Shown: positions 10,601 to 23,737, counted from the first letter of the whole stretch. The stretch is 62,776 nucleotides of DNA, filler included, from Basidiobolus meristosporus CBS 931.73 (GCA_002104905.1; 4 parts of 4 records of this genome joined end to end with filler, not necessarily neighbours in it), one strand, 5' to 3'. Notes: a model not told the origin generated them from the letters alone. Numbers and translations: made by a program.

Positions 10601-12354
10601 ATTGGTTCTTGGTGATGTACAAGATCACAAATATTGGATTATATACACAGCCATCATGATTCATAACTGGTTAGGTAATAGTTAATCAGAGTGAATAAAG
10701 TTAATCACTTTCAATTAGAGTTATTGGGGATTTGTTCATTTAATATCATGTAAACCAATCATATTGATACAACAGCAATCAGTATATTGAGCAGCAATAT
10801 TCTATTATTGGTAATATCTGGATATACTTGATATGTCAATGCTTTCCTGAGTTGGGTAATTATACAGTGATGGCAAGAATGCTACTTGCTGTTGCTTGGC
10901 TGTTTCTATATGTTGCTACTATCCAAGTGACTCCTGGTTACATTTTGGTCATTTGAATGGATATCAAAATTGCTCTTATTACCTATTGCTCATTTATCAC
11001 AGCTATCTATTACAATGTGAATACATCAACATAGTTTTACTCACCTATATCCAAGCCTGATATATATCATGTGATGACAATTGTACTGATCAGTTGACTG
11101 GGCCCATGTAAGACACTCTAAAGTTTGTAAATAAACTGCCTTGATTCATCTATAAGCAACCAGAAGTAGCCATGTTACCTCTGTATTGCAACTGGAGCCT
11201 TCATTCAATTGCCACCATTGGTACCACATGCTGATATAAAAAACAGTGTATTTGCAACATGAAAAAGCTTTCAATGGTCTGTTCAATCATAGGGTTGGTA
11301 AGGAGAGCATGCAAAGTTGTGTACAAAATAAATCATGTACAGTAGTATTTACAGACCAACTAATGGGGAAAGTAGCACATATTATCTGTAGTTGTGGTGG
11401 CTGCCTACAATGAGTGTTTACTATAAGCCTTGTTTACAATAGAATTGGATGCATCAGACACCCCAGCTAATGAAAAAAAGAAAATAAAAATCAATTAGCC
11501 AGTTAGCATTTAGGATTGACATATAGTATTAGGTTAGTACTGGCAGATATCAATCCTAGAGTCTTCAACTAGGCAAGACCGGGAGTTATTATAGAATCAG
11601 GCTATAACAACAATTCTGTGCTTATTGTATTTATAAGTAAAGTATTGTTGTTACATTATCATTTATTAGGAAAGGCTGTGAATACATAAATGTTTATCTT
11701 GAAATCACTCTATGCTGTGGGCAGCAGAATCAAGCTCACTTACCATCTGGACATTATGGGCATTATTTTGGCAAGTGTGCTCCTAAAGGTTAATACATGG
11801 TAGAAAGATAAAATCATATCAGCAAAATAAATTTGACAATGAGTTGTTAGCTTTCCCTGCTTATTACCATTCATGTACCTATATAGGCTTCACCTTGCTA
11901 ACTTCAGTGTTTATCCTCAAAATATCATCAATCCTCCTTTATGGTGTTCTACATGACTGCTCCATGACAGCCTCCAAATGGTTTATACATTATACTGCAT
12001 TAAGATGCCATTCAATCCCAATGATACCACATGCATCAAAATCAACCAGCAGCACCAAGCTCCAGTAGTTGCCACTTGGCTGTAAAAGACTCTAGCAAGC
12101 ATCTTGGCTTCCAGCAGAGGACCAGAAAATTGACAAAATATATTATTTCTTAGCCTATCCTCATGCTAGTTCTCACATATTTGTCTTACCTACATTTGGC
12201 ATGCACATATTAGACAATGATCCTGAAGCACAGTAGTGAATCCAAGAGAAGGGCATGGTGTGGATTAGGATCCAAACATTTGTCATCCAACTGCAAAAAC
12301 CCATTATAAAATGCGATACAATAAGTTCAGGTTGGTATTCAGTACAATACAACA

Positions 12355-13083
12355 ATGCCTGCCAATCTTCCACGCAGAGCACTACTAGCCATCACCAGCT
12401 ATAACAAGCCCTTCTACGCCAATGGTAGTAAGACTGGACTCTTCTATACAGAAGCGTTGCACCCGTTCAAAGCACTTGTCCAGGCCGGGTTTGAGGTTGA
12501 CATCGCCTCCGAGACTGGCACTTACGGAGTGGATGAGCACTCCCTGTCGAAAGACTTTCTCTCCGAGGATGATCAAAAGGTGCTGAACGACCCAGAGCAT
12601 CCATTCAATGTCAAACTGAACTCACAGCTTCACAAGGCGTCGGACCTCAACCCTGCTGATTATGGTCTATTATTTGCTTCTGCCGGGCACGCAATCTTGT
12701 GGGATTACCCTACGGCTCGTGGCCTGCAGCATATTGCCGAGGACATATACAAGCGTGGAGGGGTTGTTTCAGCTGTGTGTCATGGGCCAGCCATACTTTC
12801 TGCCATTGTTGACAGCACCACAGGCAAATCCATCATCGCTGGCAAGAAGGTCACCGGGTTCACCACGGAGGGTGAGGTGATGCTTAGCCTGCTTGATATT
12901 ATCAAATCAGCCAATGTGGCTACAATTGAAGAAGGAGCGGCCGCTGTTGGAGCCAAGTATGTGGCACCCCCCACTCCGTTTGCCGATTTTACACAAACTG
13001 ACGGCCGAGTTGTCACTGGAGCTAGCCCAGCAAGCGCACGATCCACCGCTGAGGATGCCATCAAGGTGTTCTCGAGCCTCTAA
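12355..13083 (+). CDS. HSP31: DJ-1/PfpI family Hsp31-like glutathione-independent glyoxalase (242 aa, intronless)
   Basis: GSKTGLFYTEALHP (catalytic Glu), ASAGHA, VSAVCHGP nucleophile elbow, KKVTGFT and DGRVVTGASPASA; full length. Confidence 0.92.
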   Translation: MPANLPRRALLAITSYNKPFYANGSKTGLFYTEALHPFKALVQAGFEVDIASETGTYGVDEHSLSKDFLSEDDQKVLNDPEHPFNVKLNSQLHKASDLNPADYGLLFASAGHAILWDYPTARGLQHIAEDIYKRGGVVSAVCHGPAILSAIVDSTTGKSIIAGKKVTGFTTEGEVMLSLLDIIKSANVATIEEGAAAVGAKYVAPPTPFADFTQTDGRVVTGASPASARSTAEDAIKVFSSL

Positions 13084-13929
13084 AGGGCAACATCTGTGTA
13101 TAGAAATAGATAGGCATTCAATAAATTCCTTAATTAACTCTCAATACTGTCTACATTGGTACTTCATGCATCTGGTGATGGTAAAACTATTGGATGCTAT
13201 GGAGTACCAAAAAAAATCCTCAGGCTTCTTGTTGCCGCGTTGTACTTTTGCATTTTCTACAATGCAGAGAGGACTAGCAGAAATGTCATGTGTATTTGGA
13301 GAGCTGAGAAACTGTGAAAGTTAAAGACTTTTCCCAGTCTTTCTAAAGGATTTTATAGAGATGACTCTAGCAAAGGAGCCACAAGACATCATCAATGCTA
13401 TCATTATGATTGATAAGTTAGCAGTGTTTGGAGTCAATGGATATGACCAGTTGTGGTGTAAAGCACAACATACTCTCACACTTGTAGCGTGCTTTTATCT
13501 TAAGCAGCCTGTTTGTCAGACTTTTGATACCGGTATGTAGTTTGCCAACTACTGTTCTCTGAATTTCACTACTTGGAGAGTGTCACTGTTGATCATTTTA
13601 TCTTGCCTGACCTGTCTACTGGCCGAAGCATATTGAAATATATTTTTCTTGCTTGCTACTTCTACCATTAGGATTACTCTTGACCACATCCGCGCACTTG
13701 CTTCCACACCAATTGTGCAAGAGAACAACACTGCAGAGATGAAGAATCCATATGATGGCTTTCCTGTTTGTAATCCCGCATGGTTCTCTAGGGAGGTGGC
13801 ATCTGGACAAGCCCCTACAGCCAAAAGGCCATTGAGGATAGCAACGTAGCCAATGGTGCTTATCACATATCCAAAGTTTAGGCAGTGTGCAAACATTGAG
13901 AATAATGGAAGCCATCTATTACTTTTATG

Positions 13930-14190
13930 GCATGATTTCACATGGCCCTGGCTCTCAATATAACACAATCATCCCTGCTGTCTCCGCTCTGATTGACACC
14001 GCCATTGCCAATACCTTCAAAATCACAGCTTCCAGCCCCGTTTCCGTTATTGCCACCATTGCTAACCCCTCCGCTCCCACCATCACTACCACCGCTACTG
14101 TTGCCAGTATCAAAAGCACCACTACCACAACTACCATTCCCATTATCACCACTGCTACCGCTATTTCCATTGCCAGCGCCGCCACCACCT
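13930..14190 (-). pseudogene. Possible remnant of a Gly/Ser/Asn-rich linker-containing gene
   Basis: Minus frame reads GGGGAGNGNSGSSGDNGNGSCGSG...GGSDGGSGGVSNGGNNGNGAGSC with no start and stops on both sides; lies about 150 bp from an LTR insertion. Confidence 0.3.
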
Positions 14191-14342
14191 AATTTTAGCC
14201 ATCAAGCCCTTTTCCTCTGCATTATTTAAGCAGGCTCTGTTACATGGCTACGTACAATTGACCAATGGATGGCTGAAACTAATTTTATGCAATATATGAT
14301 ACCTGTTGCTTGACGAGCATGAAGTTAGTGTCACAAATAAAT

Positions 14343-17300
14343 TGTTGTAAGAGTCTTGGAGATATTGGAAGTGATTGGGAGAACAAGTAGATTATGTGGT
14401 TTTCACTTAATGATTTATTGAATGTAAAAGTAGTATTTATACTTTTACCTGGTCTTGGCACTACAAACATGTAGAATAGGTTAAGGAAGGTCCCAAGAAC
14501 ATGTGTGCAAAGCTTGGGGCTGTTTGGACAACTTTGAGAATTTTCATGTTCTGGGTACCTGGTATTTTGGTGAAAATATTCTAAGTAAATCCCGACAAGG
14601 AATTTGGTCAGTATTTTCTAGGATTTGAAGGTAATGATCTAAGTGACTAAGTTAGGTGAATATTTAGGTGGAAATACAAATTTTTACAACACTCCCACTC
14701 AGCTAAATGTTCATACTGACTAGTCCTAATTTTGACCTAAGATATTCAAACTTGTCTCTAGCTAATGGCTTGGTAAATATGTCTGCAATCATTTCATCTG
14801 TAGGACAGTAAACTAAGCTAACCAAGTTACTCTCTATAGCTTCACGTATGAAATGATGTCTAATATCTATGTGCTTGGTTCTAGCATGAAAAGTTGGATT
14901 TCTACCTAATTGTATACATCCTTGATTATCTTGAAATAAAGTAATAGGCGTTTTTTGACATAGGCCTAAATCTGTAAAGAGCTTTCTTAACCACATTGCT
15001 TCTTTTGTAGCTTCACAGGCTGCCATATACTCTGCCTCTGTAGTAGAAAGTGCTATGGTTGGTTGCTTTCTTGAATTCCATGAAATTGCTCCTTTACAGT
15101 AAAGAAAGGTGTATCCTGTGGTGGATCTTCTGTCTTCAAAATTTTGTCCCCAATCAGCATCAGAGTATCCCACAAGATCCTGTTCTGAATCCTTATAAGT
15201 GTATTTTAAGCAGATATCAGCAGTTCCTTTTAGGTATCTAGAAATCCGCTTAACTGCTGCAATATGATCAGATCCCTAATTCTGATTATGTTGGCTGAAA
15301 ACTCCCACTGAATATGAGATATCTGGACGTGTTCCAAGCATGATATACATCAGACTGCCGACCATAGATTGATAAGGAAAGTCAGGGCTTTCAGATGGCA
15401 CCAAGTTCTCTTGATTTGGTTGAGTTTTGACCAAGTTAAGGTTTGTCTCCATTGGGGTAGCTGCCGGTTTACAGTCTTCCATTTTGTACTTCTTTAGTAT
15501 ATCTTGAATATACTTGGATTGGCTTAGGGTAATAGTCTGGGTACTTCTGTCTATGGAGAACTTAATCCCTAAGTAGTAACTGAGTTCTCCTAGATCGGAC
15601 ATCTTGAACTCCTTAGATAGGCTGGATTTAGTCTCTTCCAATGTTTCTAGGTTATTGGTGGCTATAATAAGATCATCCACATATAGAGCTAATAGAACTG
15701 GATTTGCTCTATCTGGCTTATAGTATATACTATAGTCAGCATTACTCCTTTTGAAACTCAAAGATTCCAAATAAGAATCTATCTTGCAATTCCAGGCTCT
15801 CGGTGATTGTTTGAGACCATATAGTGACTTTTTAAGCTTGCAGACCAAATGGGGGTTATCTTGGTCAACAAACCCATCAGGCTGGTCCATATACACGTCC
15901 TCATCAAGTTCTCCATTCAAAAATGCAGTTTTTACATCCATTTGATGAATAAAAAACTTATATTTGGCTGCAATAGCCAATATTAATCTGATGGAATTAA
16001 ACTTGGCTACCAGTGCAAAGGTCTCAGTATAGTCAAGTCCTTTTGTTTGAGAGTATCCTTTGGCTACAAGTCTTGCTTTGTATCTTTCAATTGTACCATC
16101 AGCCTTGTACTTTTGTCTTGAAGACCCATCTGCATCCAATTGATTTTTGGTTGATTGGTAATTTGAATAAGTCCCAAGTTTGATTTTCCATCAGGGCCTG
16201 ATATTCCTCAGTCATTGCAGATCTCCAAAACTTTGTCTGAGGGCTATTTAGGGCCTCTTTTACAGTCTGGGGCTCATCAATATGGACTGAATAGGCATAG
16301 GCTAAGTTTGTACCCTCATTAATATAGTAATTTGGGCTATTTCTTGTCCAATTTGATCTCCGGGCATTTGATACTGGAATGATCACTTCTGAGATATTCC
16401 TGGGCACTGATTCTGGCTGAACCACGGTTGTAGAGTCCTCTGGAGTGAAAAAATTTTCATTTTTTGCTCTGATTCAATCCTGACAATTGGTTGACTTGAG
16501 ATCAAATTTTTGTCATCATCTGATGTCATTTTTTGTGAAAATTTTGAATTTTCATCAAACAACACATCCCTGGACTTGATCAGCTTCTTTGCTTTGGTAT
16601 TGTAGAGTCTGTATGCCTTACTCTCATTGCAGTAGCCCAAAAATATGCATTTTACACTTTTTGGCTCAAATTTTGACTGATTTCCGGCCAGTTTTTTGGC
16701 ATATGCTGTACACCCAAATATTCTTAGATGTTCTGCACTTGGTCTGTATCCATACCATGCTTCAAATGGAGTAGAATCACAAAGTATTCTGTTATAACTC
16801 CTATTTTTAAGGTATACAGCAGTAGGCAAGCTGATTCCGCCCAAAAATCATAGGATAATTTTTGATCATGGATCATAGATCTTGCCATATCAATTATTGA
16901 TCTGTTAGCTCGTTCTGCTACTCCATTTTGCTGTGGGGAGTATGGTACAGTAGTCTCTTGCTTTATCCCATGAATTTTGCAGAAGTGGATGAAGAGTTTT
17001 GAGGTATATTCTCCACCATTGTCAGAGCGTATTTTCTTGATTTTTTCACCAGTTTCTCTCTCCACCATGGCTTTAAACTCCCTGAACTTAGACAGAGCTT
17101 CTTCCTTTCTCTCCATGAAGTAGACCCATGTGTATCTTGTATAATCATCAATAAAAGTGATTAAATACTTCATCCCGCCTAAGGATAAATTTTGCATAGG
17201 TCCACACAGATCTGAGTGAATTAGATCTAATTTTTTCTTAGTTTTGATTAACCCAGAGCTCTTGAACGGTTGTCTGGCTTGTTTCCCATATATGCAGGCT

Positions 17301-19030
17301 TCACAGTGCTCCAAATTAGCTGGGGGATCAATTTTCACTCCAGAAATTAGCTGATCTTTGATCATTTTACGCAAATAATCAAAATTGATGTGTCCAAATC
17401 TCCTGTGCCAAAGCATTGGTGTTTCTTCATTTAAGTTACTTATATTGGCTTCCAGATATGATGGAATATAAGTCAACTTGTATAGATTCTGATCTCTGAT
17501 GCCCAAAGCAATATGAGCACCATTTTGATCAGTGATCCTGCATCCAGAATTGTCAAAACTGAAACTGAGTCCTTCTGCTGTGGCCTTGCTTACAGAGAGT
17601 AGGTTCTTGGCTATTTCTGGTACATAGAGTACTTCTTTAAAGGTCAGTGTATGGCTTCCTTCACTGCTTCTAAGGTTTACTTGGATAGTTCCTTCTCCCA
17701 CTGCATCAAGTGTTCTATTGTCACCCATGAAAACCTTCTTAATTGGAATTTCTTGATATTGGGTAAAAAGTTCTTTTTGGTGTGTAAAGTGTTGAGAAGC
17801 TCCAGAGTCAATATACCACGTCTGAGAATCCTTGTTTGTGGTCATATTTAGTGCAGATATGAATAGTCTATCTTCAGTTGTTGCAGCATTTCCATATTCA
17901 GGCTTCTTTTGCTGATAATCTCTCTTTTTGAGATCACCGGTCTGATGTGTGTCCTTTCCTTTTGCAGTAGTTGCAAAATAGGTTGCTGTTGCCTTTGTAG
18001 GGTCTTGGGTACCTCCTTTGTTGGTTATCATTGCTTATTAAAGCATTTTCTTCTTCCTTCTTATTGGCGCTTGATTTTCTTAATTCTTCATCCAGGAGCC
18101 TTCCATATACGTAATTTAAGGTCAAATCTTCAGTTCTGGACTCTAGGGCTGATACAAGGCCCTGAAACTTGTCTGTCAGGCTATTCAGGATGGTAACTAT
18201 CACATCCTCATCAGTAGTTGGTACGCCCACAGATTCCATCTCATCTACCAGCAGGGTAATTCTGTTAATTAGATTTTTCATTTCTTCTCCTGGCAGCATC
18301 TTTGTAGTAAAGAATTTTCTTCTCAGATACATTTTCTTGGCAGCTGAACATGACTGGTAGGTGTCTTCTAATGCCTTCCAGGCATTCTTTGCCGTTTTTG
18401 CTCTTGAGCATTGAATTAGCAATTTGTCCTTGACATTAAGGCAAATGCAGTTAAAGGCACTTTGTTCTTTCTTCTGGTACTTTAAGGCTTCCTCTCCCAC
18501 ATTTTTAGGAGGGCATTCTTCTCCCATGACAATATCCCAAAGGCCTCTTTCTTGTAGCAGCATCTTCATCTTCACCTTCCACACTTGGTAGTTAGATCCA
18601 TCCAACTTTTCAGCAGAGGGAAAAATTCCAGTAATAGCAGTAGTAGACATTGCAGAGAGTGACAGCTTGGGGCTCATAACCTGTTGTAAGAGTCTTGGAG
18701 ATATTGGAAGTGATTGGGAGAACAAGTAGATTATGTGGTTTTCACTTAATGATTTATTGAATGTAAAAGTAGTATTTATACTTTTACCTGGTCTTGGCAT
18801 TACAAACACGTAGAATAGGTTAAGGAAGGTCCCAAGAACATGTGTGCAAAGTTTGGGGCTGTTTGGACAACTTTGAGAATTTTCATGTTCTGGGTACCTG
18901 GTATTTTGGTGAAAATATTCTAAGTAAATCCCAACAAGGAATTTGGTCAGTATTCTCTAGGATTTGAAGGTGATGATCTAAGTGACTAAGTTAGGTGAAT
19001 ATTTAGGTGGAAATACAAATTTTTACAACA
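14343..19030 (-). mobile_element. Full-length but mutated Ty1/copia LTR retrotransposon, TSD TAAAT
   Basis: TG..CA LTRs at 14343-14691 (3') and 18682-19030 (5'), 349 bp each, 6 transitions apart. TAAAT on both flanks; PBS and PPT present. Gag-PR-IN-RT-RNaseH order is split over several ORFs (17934-18809, 16724-18031, 16383-16844, 16099-16425, 15276-16139, 14703-15173). Confidence 0.96.
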
Positions 19031-19298
19031 TAAATAAATTGCTACTTGAATGGCATTGAGAAAGCAATAGAAGTATAGCAGCTTTGTGAGAGAACCCCCC
19101 ATCCAGTCATGCAACTTTCCTTCCTCTTGCTTGTTGCGGCAATAATATCTTTATGAATCTCAGGTATTTCACATCAACAACCTATGTGCTGAGCAGTTGG
19201 GAGCTTGTTATCAGGAGGAAGTGGCTTCCAACACAGAATACAAATCCTCAACTGAGAATGAAGGCAACTTAGATATGAGTGATAGAATTATAATAAGT

Positions 19299-19398
19299 NN
19301 NNNNNNNNNNNNNNNNNNNNNNNNNNNNNNNNNNNNNNNNNNTTAATTAATTAANNNNNNNNNNNNNNNNNNNNNNNNNNNNNNNNNNNNNNNNNNNN
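19299..19398. other. Artificial scaffold gap spacer
   Basis: 44 N + TTAATTAATTAA + 44 N; the same structure occurs at 32189 and 51049. Confidence 0.97.
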
Positions 19399-21467
19399 AA
19401 TTAACAGGGGGATCAGTTTTACTCCAGGAATTTGCTGATCTTTGATCATTTTGTGCAAATAATGAAAATTGATGTGTCCAAATCTCCTGTGACAAAGCAT
19501 TAGTGTTTCTTCATTCAAGTTACTTATATTGGCTTCCAGATATGATGGAATATAAGTCAACTTGTATAGATTCTGATCTCTGATGCCCAAAGCAATATGG
19601 GCACCATTTTGATCAGTGATCCTGCATCCAGAATTGTCAAAACTGAAACTGAGTCCTTCTGCTGTGGCCTTGCTTACAGAGAGTAGGTTCTTGGCTATTT
19701 CTGGTACATAGAGTACTTCTTTAAAGGTCAGTGTATGGCTTCCTTCACTGCTTCTAAGGTTCACTTGGATAGTTCCTTCTCCCACTGCATCAAGTGTTCT
19801 ATCATCACCCATGAAAACCTTCTTAATTGAAATTTCTTGATATTGGGTAAAAAGTTCTTTTTGGTGTGTAAAGTGTTGAGAAGCTCCAGAGTCAATATAC
19901 AACGTCTGAGAATCCTTGTTTGTGGTCATATTTAGTGCAGATATGAATAGTCTATCTTCAATTGTTGCAGCATTTCCATATTCAGGCTTCTTTTTGTTGT
20001 AATTATTGAATTGTCACCTAAATATTCATGCTAACTTAGTCACATAGATCTTATTCTGTGATTAGCATTCTGTCCTGACTAGATTTCTTGTCGGGATTTA
20101 CTTAGAATATTTTCACCAAATTGTCAGGTACCCAGATTATTATTTTTCTCAAAGTCGTCCAAAAGACCCCAAACTTTGCACACATATTCTTGGGACCTTC
20201 CTTAACAAACTCTACACGTTTGTTTCCTCTACTTTATCAAAAGTATAAATACCATACTTTTGATCAATAAATCTACAAGTGAATAACATGTAAATCCTCT
20301 AGTTCTCCACATCACTTCCAATACTCCTCAGAATATTGCAACACTTTTGCTGATAATCTCTCTTTTTGAAACACCGGTCTGATGTGTGTCCTTTCCTTTT
20401 GCAGTGGTTGCAAAATAGGTTGCTGTTGCCTTTGTAGGGTCTTGGGTACCTCCTTTGTTGGTTATCATTGCTTATTAAAGCATTTTCTTCTTCCTTCTTA
20501 TTGGCGCTTGATTTTCTTAATTCTTCATCCAGGAGCCTTCCATATATGTAATTTAAGGTCAAATCTTCAGTTCTGGACTTTAGGGCTGATACAAGGCCCT
20601 GAAACTTGTCTATCAGGCTATTCAGTATGGTAATTATCACATCCTTATCAGTAGTTGGTACACCCACAGATTCCATCTCATCTACCAGCAGGGTAACTCT
20701 GTTAATTAGATTTTTCATTTCTTCTCCTGGCAGCATCTTTGTAGTAAAGAATTTTCTTCTCAGATACATTTTCTTGGCAGCTGAGCATGACTGGTAGGTG
20801 TCTTCTAATGCCTTCCAGGCATTCTTTGCTGTTTTTGCTTTTGAGCATTGAATTAGCAATTTGTCCTTGACATTAAGGCAAATGCAATTAAAGGCACTTT
20901 GTTCTTTCTTCTGGTACTTTAAGGCTTCCTCTCCCACGTTTTTAGGAGGGCATTCTTCTCCCATGACAATATCCCAAAGGCCTCTTTCTTGCAGCAGCAT
21001 CTTCATCTTCACCTTCCACACTTGGTAGTTAGAGCCATCCAACTTTTCAGCAGAGGGAAAAATTCCAGTAATAGCAGTAGTAGACATTGCAGAGAGTGAC
21101 AGCTTGGGGCTCATAACCTGTTGTAAGAGTCTTGGAGATATTGGAAGTGATTTGGAGAACAAGTAGATTATGTGGTTTTCACTTAATGATTTATTGAATG
21201 TAAAAGTAGTATTAATACTTTTACCTGGTCTTGGCATTACAAGCACGTAGAATAGGTTAAGGAAGGTCCCAAGAACATGTGTGCAGAGTTTGGGGCTGTT
21301 TGGACAACTTTGAGAATTTTCATGTTCTGGGTACCTGGCATTTTGGTGAAAATATTCTAAGTAAATCCCGACAAGGAATTTGGTCAGTATTCTCTAGGAT
21401 ATGAAGGTGATGATCTAAGTGACTAAGTTAGGTGAATATTTAGGTGGAAATACGAATTTTTACAACA
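19399..21467 (-). mobile_element. Partial copia copy (5' LTR 21119-21467, PBS, gag, protease), rest lost in the gap
   Basis: Same LTR, PBS and gag as the 14343 element; gag interrupted by a solo LTR at 19995-20343. Confidence 0.92.
19995..20343 (+). mobile_element. Solo LTR of a sister copia family (LTR-B) inserted antisense into gag, TSD CTTTT
   Basis: TGTTGTAATT...ATATTGCAACA, 349 bp, flanked by CTTTT on both sides; removing it restores the gag sequence (TTCAGGCTTCTTTTGCTGATAATC). Confidence 0.92.
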
Positions 21468-22278
21468 TTAGGGACAAAATATAGAATACAGAAGATTCAC
21501 CACAGGATACACCTTTTTTTACTGTGAAGGAGCAATTTCCTGGAGCATGAGAAAGCAACCTGCTGTACCACTTTCCACTATAGAGGCAGAGTGTATAGCA
21601 GTCTGTGAAGCCACAAGAGAAGCAATGTGCTTAAGAGTGCTTTTCAAAGGCCAAGGCTTATGTCAAAAAATGTCTATCACTTGACTTCAAGATAATCAAG
21701 GATATATACAATTGGATAGATACCCAGCTTTTCATGCTAGAACTAAGCACATAGACATTAGAGATTGTTTCATACAAGAAGCTATTGGGAATAACCATGT
21801 TTGCCTGTCTTGCTGTCCTACAGATGAAATGATTGCAGACATATTTACCAAACCATTAGCTAGAGACAAATCTGAATATCTTATGGCAAAATTAGGAATA
21901 GTCAGTGTGGGCATTTAGTTGAGCAGGAGTGTTGTAAAAACTTGAAATTCCACCTAAATGTGCACCTAAATTGGTCACTTGGATCATTCCCTACAAATCT
22001 TGAAGAACACTGACCCAATTCCATGTTGGGATTTACTTGGAATATTTTCACCAAAACATTATGTACCCAGAACATGAAAATTATGTAACTGGTCCAATCA
22101 GCCCCAAATGTTTCCCGCATGCTCTTAGGACCTTCCTGAGCATATTCTACGCGTTTTTTAGGCCAAGATCATGTAAAAGTATAAATACCACTTTTACATT
22201 CAATAAATCATTGAGTGAAAACCGCATAATCTACTTGTTCTCCCAATCACCTATAATATCTCCAAGACTCTTACAACA
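21468..22278 (+). mobile_element. Old degenerate copia 3' end (RNase H remnant, PPT, 3' LTR 21930-22278)
   Basis: Degenerate RNase H (FHARTKHIDIR...ADIFTKPL), GAGCAGGAG PPT, diverged TG..CA LTR; truncated on the left by the 21119-21467 LTR. Confidence 0.88.
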
Positions 22279-22302
22279 ATTTCTAGTTTGTCAAAATGAT
22301 AG

Positions 22303-22545
22303 CTCTCAATATCTCAGTACTGGCTGTTGAGCACACCAGCAGATGTATTTTCCTGGAGGAGACTAGGCCAACTTGCAATCAGGCCAAACTTGGTAATCAC
22401 CACTTCTGCCAAAAAATGCAACCAAAAATTTGAGGAAAAAACACCAGCTAGATACCAGTAAAATACCGCTGAAATGCCAGTGAAATACCAGCTGAAGATC
22501 AGATGAATTCCAAGTTTGAGATTCTCCATAGGGAAAAGGAGTATA
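22303..22545 (+). repeat. Unclassified dispersed repeat (copies at ~30480-30795 and, inverted, ~38480-38570)
   Basis: CTCAATATCTCAG(G)TACT-GCTGTTG...GACTAGGC...TGCAACC.AAAATTTG.GGAAAAA.CACC.GC...GAATTCCAAGT is shared between loci. Confidence 0.7.
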
Positions 22546-23304
22546 GTCCTGCCCTGAATATTTAGGCAATAATGCGCAAAAATACCAGCTAATGTATCCT
22601 ACCACAGGCATGATGGTAGAAATTATTTTGCCACATGGCGCCATAGAGTGATGGATCAATCTACTATCCAATGGAAGAAGTCTATGGTATCGCCAACTGA
22701 GAAGCAGCTACAAATAGGATGCCAAGTACGGTTAGTGCATAGGGGCATGAGAGGGCTCACCTTAAAAAGGCGAATAAACTATATGTGCATCAATGCGGAA
22801 CAATTCGGATGGTGAATATCGAGTAAGGACTTCACACAACCCTTTTCTTGGATGATCTTGATTTGCCAGAATCCGTATTCCCTCAAAAGACCCACAACAC
22901 CGCTTCCTGGGACATGTCTAAAAATACCTCACGTCTGGACTTAGCAAAGAAGACATACAAGCACTGACTTGTATGGTACGTATGTAACCGTAAAAAGGAG
23001 AACGGATGGCCGGTGACGTCATCGACACTGGACACGTTTGCCATTTGAATCGAAGCCGAAGAGAACGGAGAATCGCTGCTTCAACGCAGAATGATTTGGA
23101 TGATTTTGAAAACGATGTGGAGTAACTAACAAACAAATCCAGGATCCAGCGGGCGATTGGCTGCAATGGCATGTGATGTTCGAGCAACAATTCATCGCGG
23201 ATTCCCCGAAATATCCCTGGTTGGTGCGTTACAGAATGGGATCTCCTCATTGGCGCCACCACGGATCGTCAAATCGGGCTGTTGTGTCATATCGGCATTC
23301 AAAA

Positions 23305-23358
23305 CAAACAGCCATTCATGACATTTGTATTCAAACAGCCATTCATGACATTTGTATT
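23305..23358 (+). repeat. Perfect 27-bp tandem duplication
   Basis: CAAACAGCCATTCATGACATTTGTATT x2. Confidence 0.9.
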
Positions 23359-23737
23359 TTTAGCTCACCGATCTAGAGAATTGGAGAACAGTTTCTATGG
23401 ATTAAGGTGCCTGGCAACCATCCAAACCCCCCAGAAATGGCGGTCGAAGTGCCACATGTGCCTAACCTGGCTCAAAAGAATGTTCATCGAACGGATTAGT
23501 AATCCTGTGGTTCAAATATCTTCCCTCTCAGAAGTGACGTAGTTGAGTGCCTCGGGCAAGCATAATCCCATTTGTGTTGCCTCACGATAGCGAGCAGTAA
23601 GCGGGATGGCCGAAGACGTTCTTTCCTTCTGCCATAGGGCAAGTGCATAGTATTCTTAGATAGAAGATCCGATGGGTTTTGCCCCTATATAAGCACAGTC
23701 GTTGGTACTGCACAATGCATTAACAATCAACGCAATC

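Larger units (their letters stand above)
5950..11700. repeat. Degenerate tandem segmental duplications underlying the secreted cluster
   Basis: Non-coding blocks recur: 7060-7250 ~ 9430-9620 ~ 11570-11660; 9355-9430 ~ 11495-11575; 6540-6600 ~ 9960-10020; 6690-6890 ~ 10835-11060. Confidence 0.8.

Noticed and set aside
13887-14229. Thr/Ala-rich and Pro/Leu-rich plus-strand ORFs
   Set aside because: Mirror frames of a low-complexity tract; no signal peptide or homology.
19343-19354. TTAATTAATTAA palindrome within N runs
   Set aside because: Artificial all-frame stop spacer; ORF 19351-19929 runs into it artefactually.
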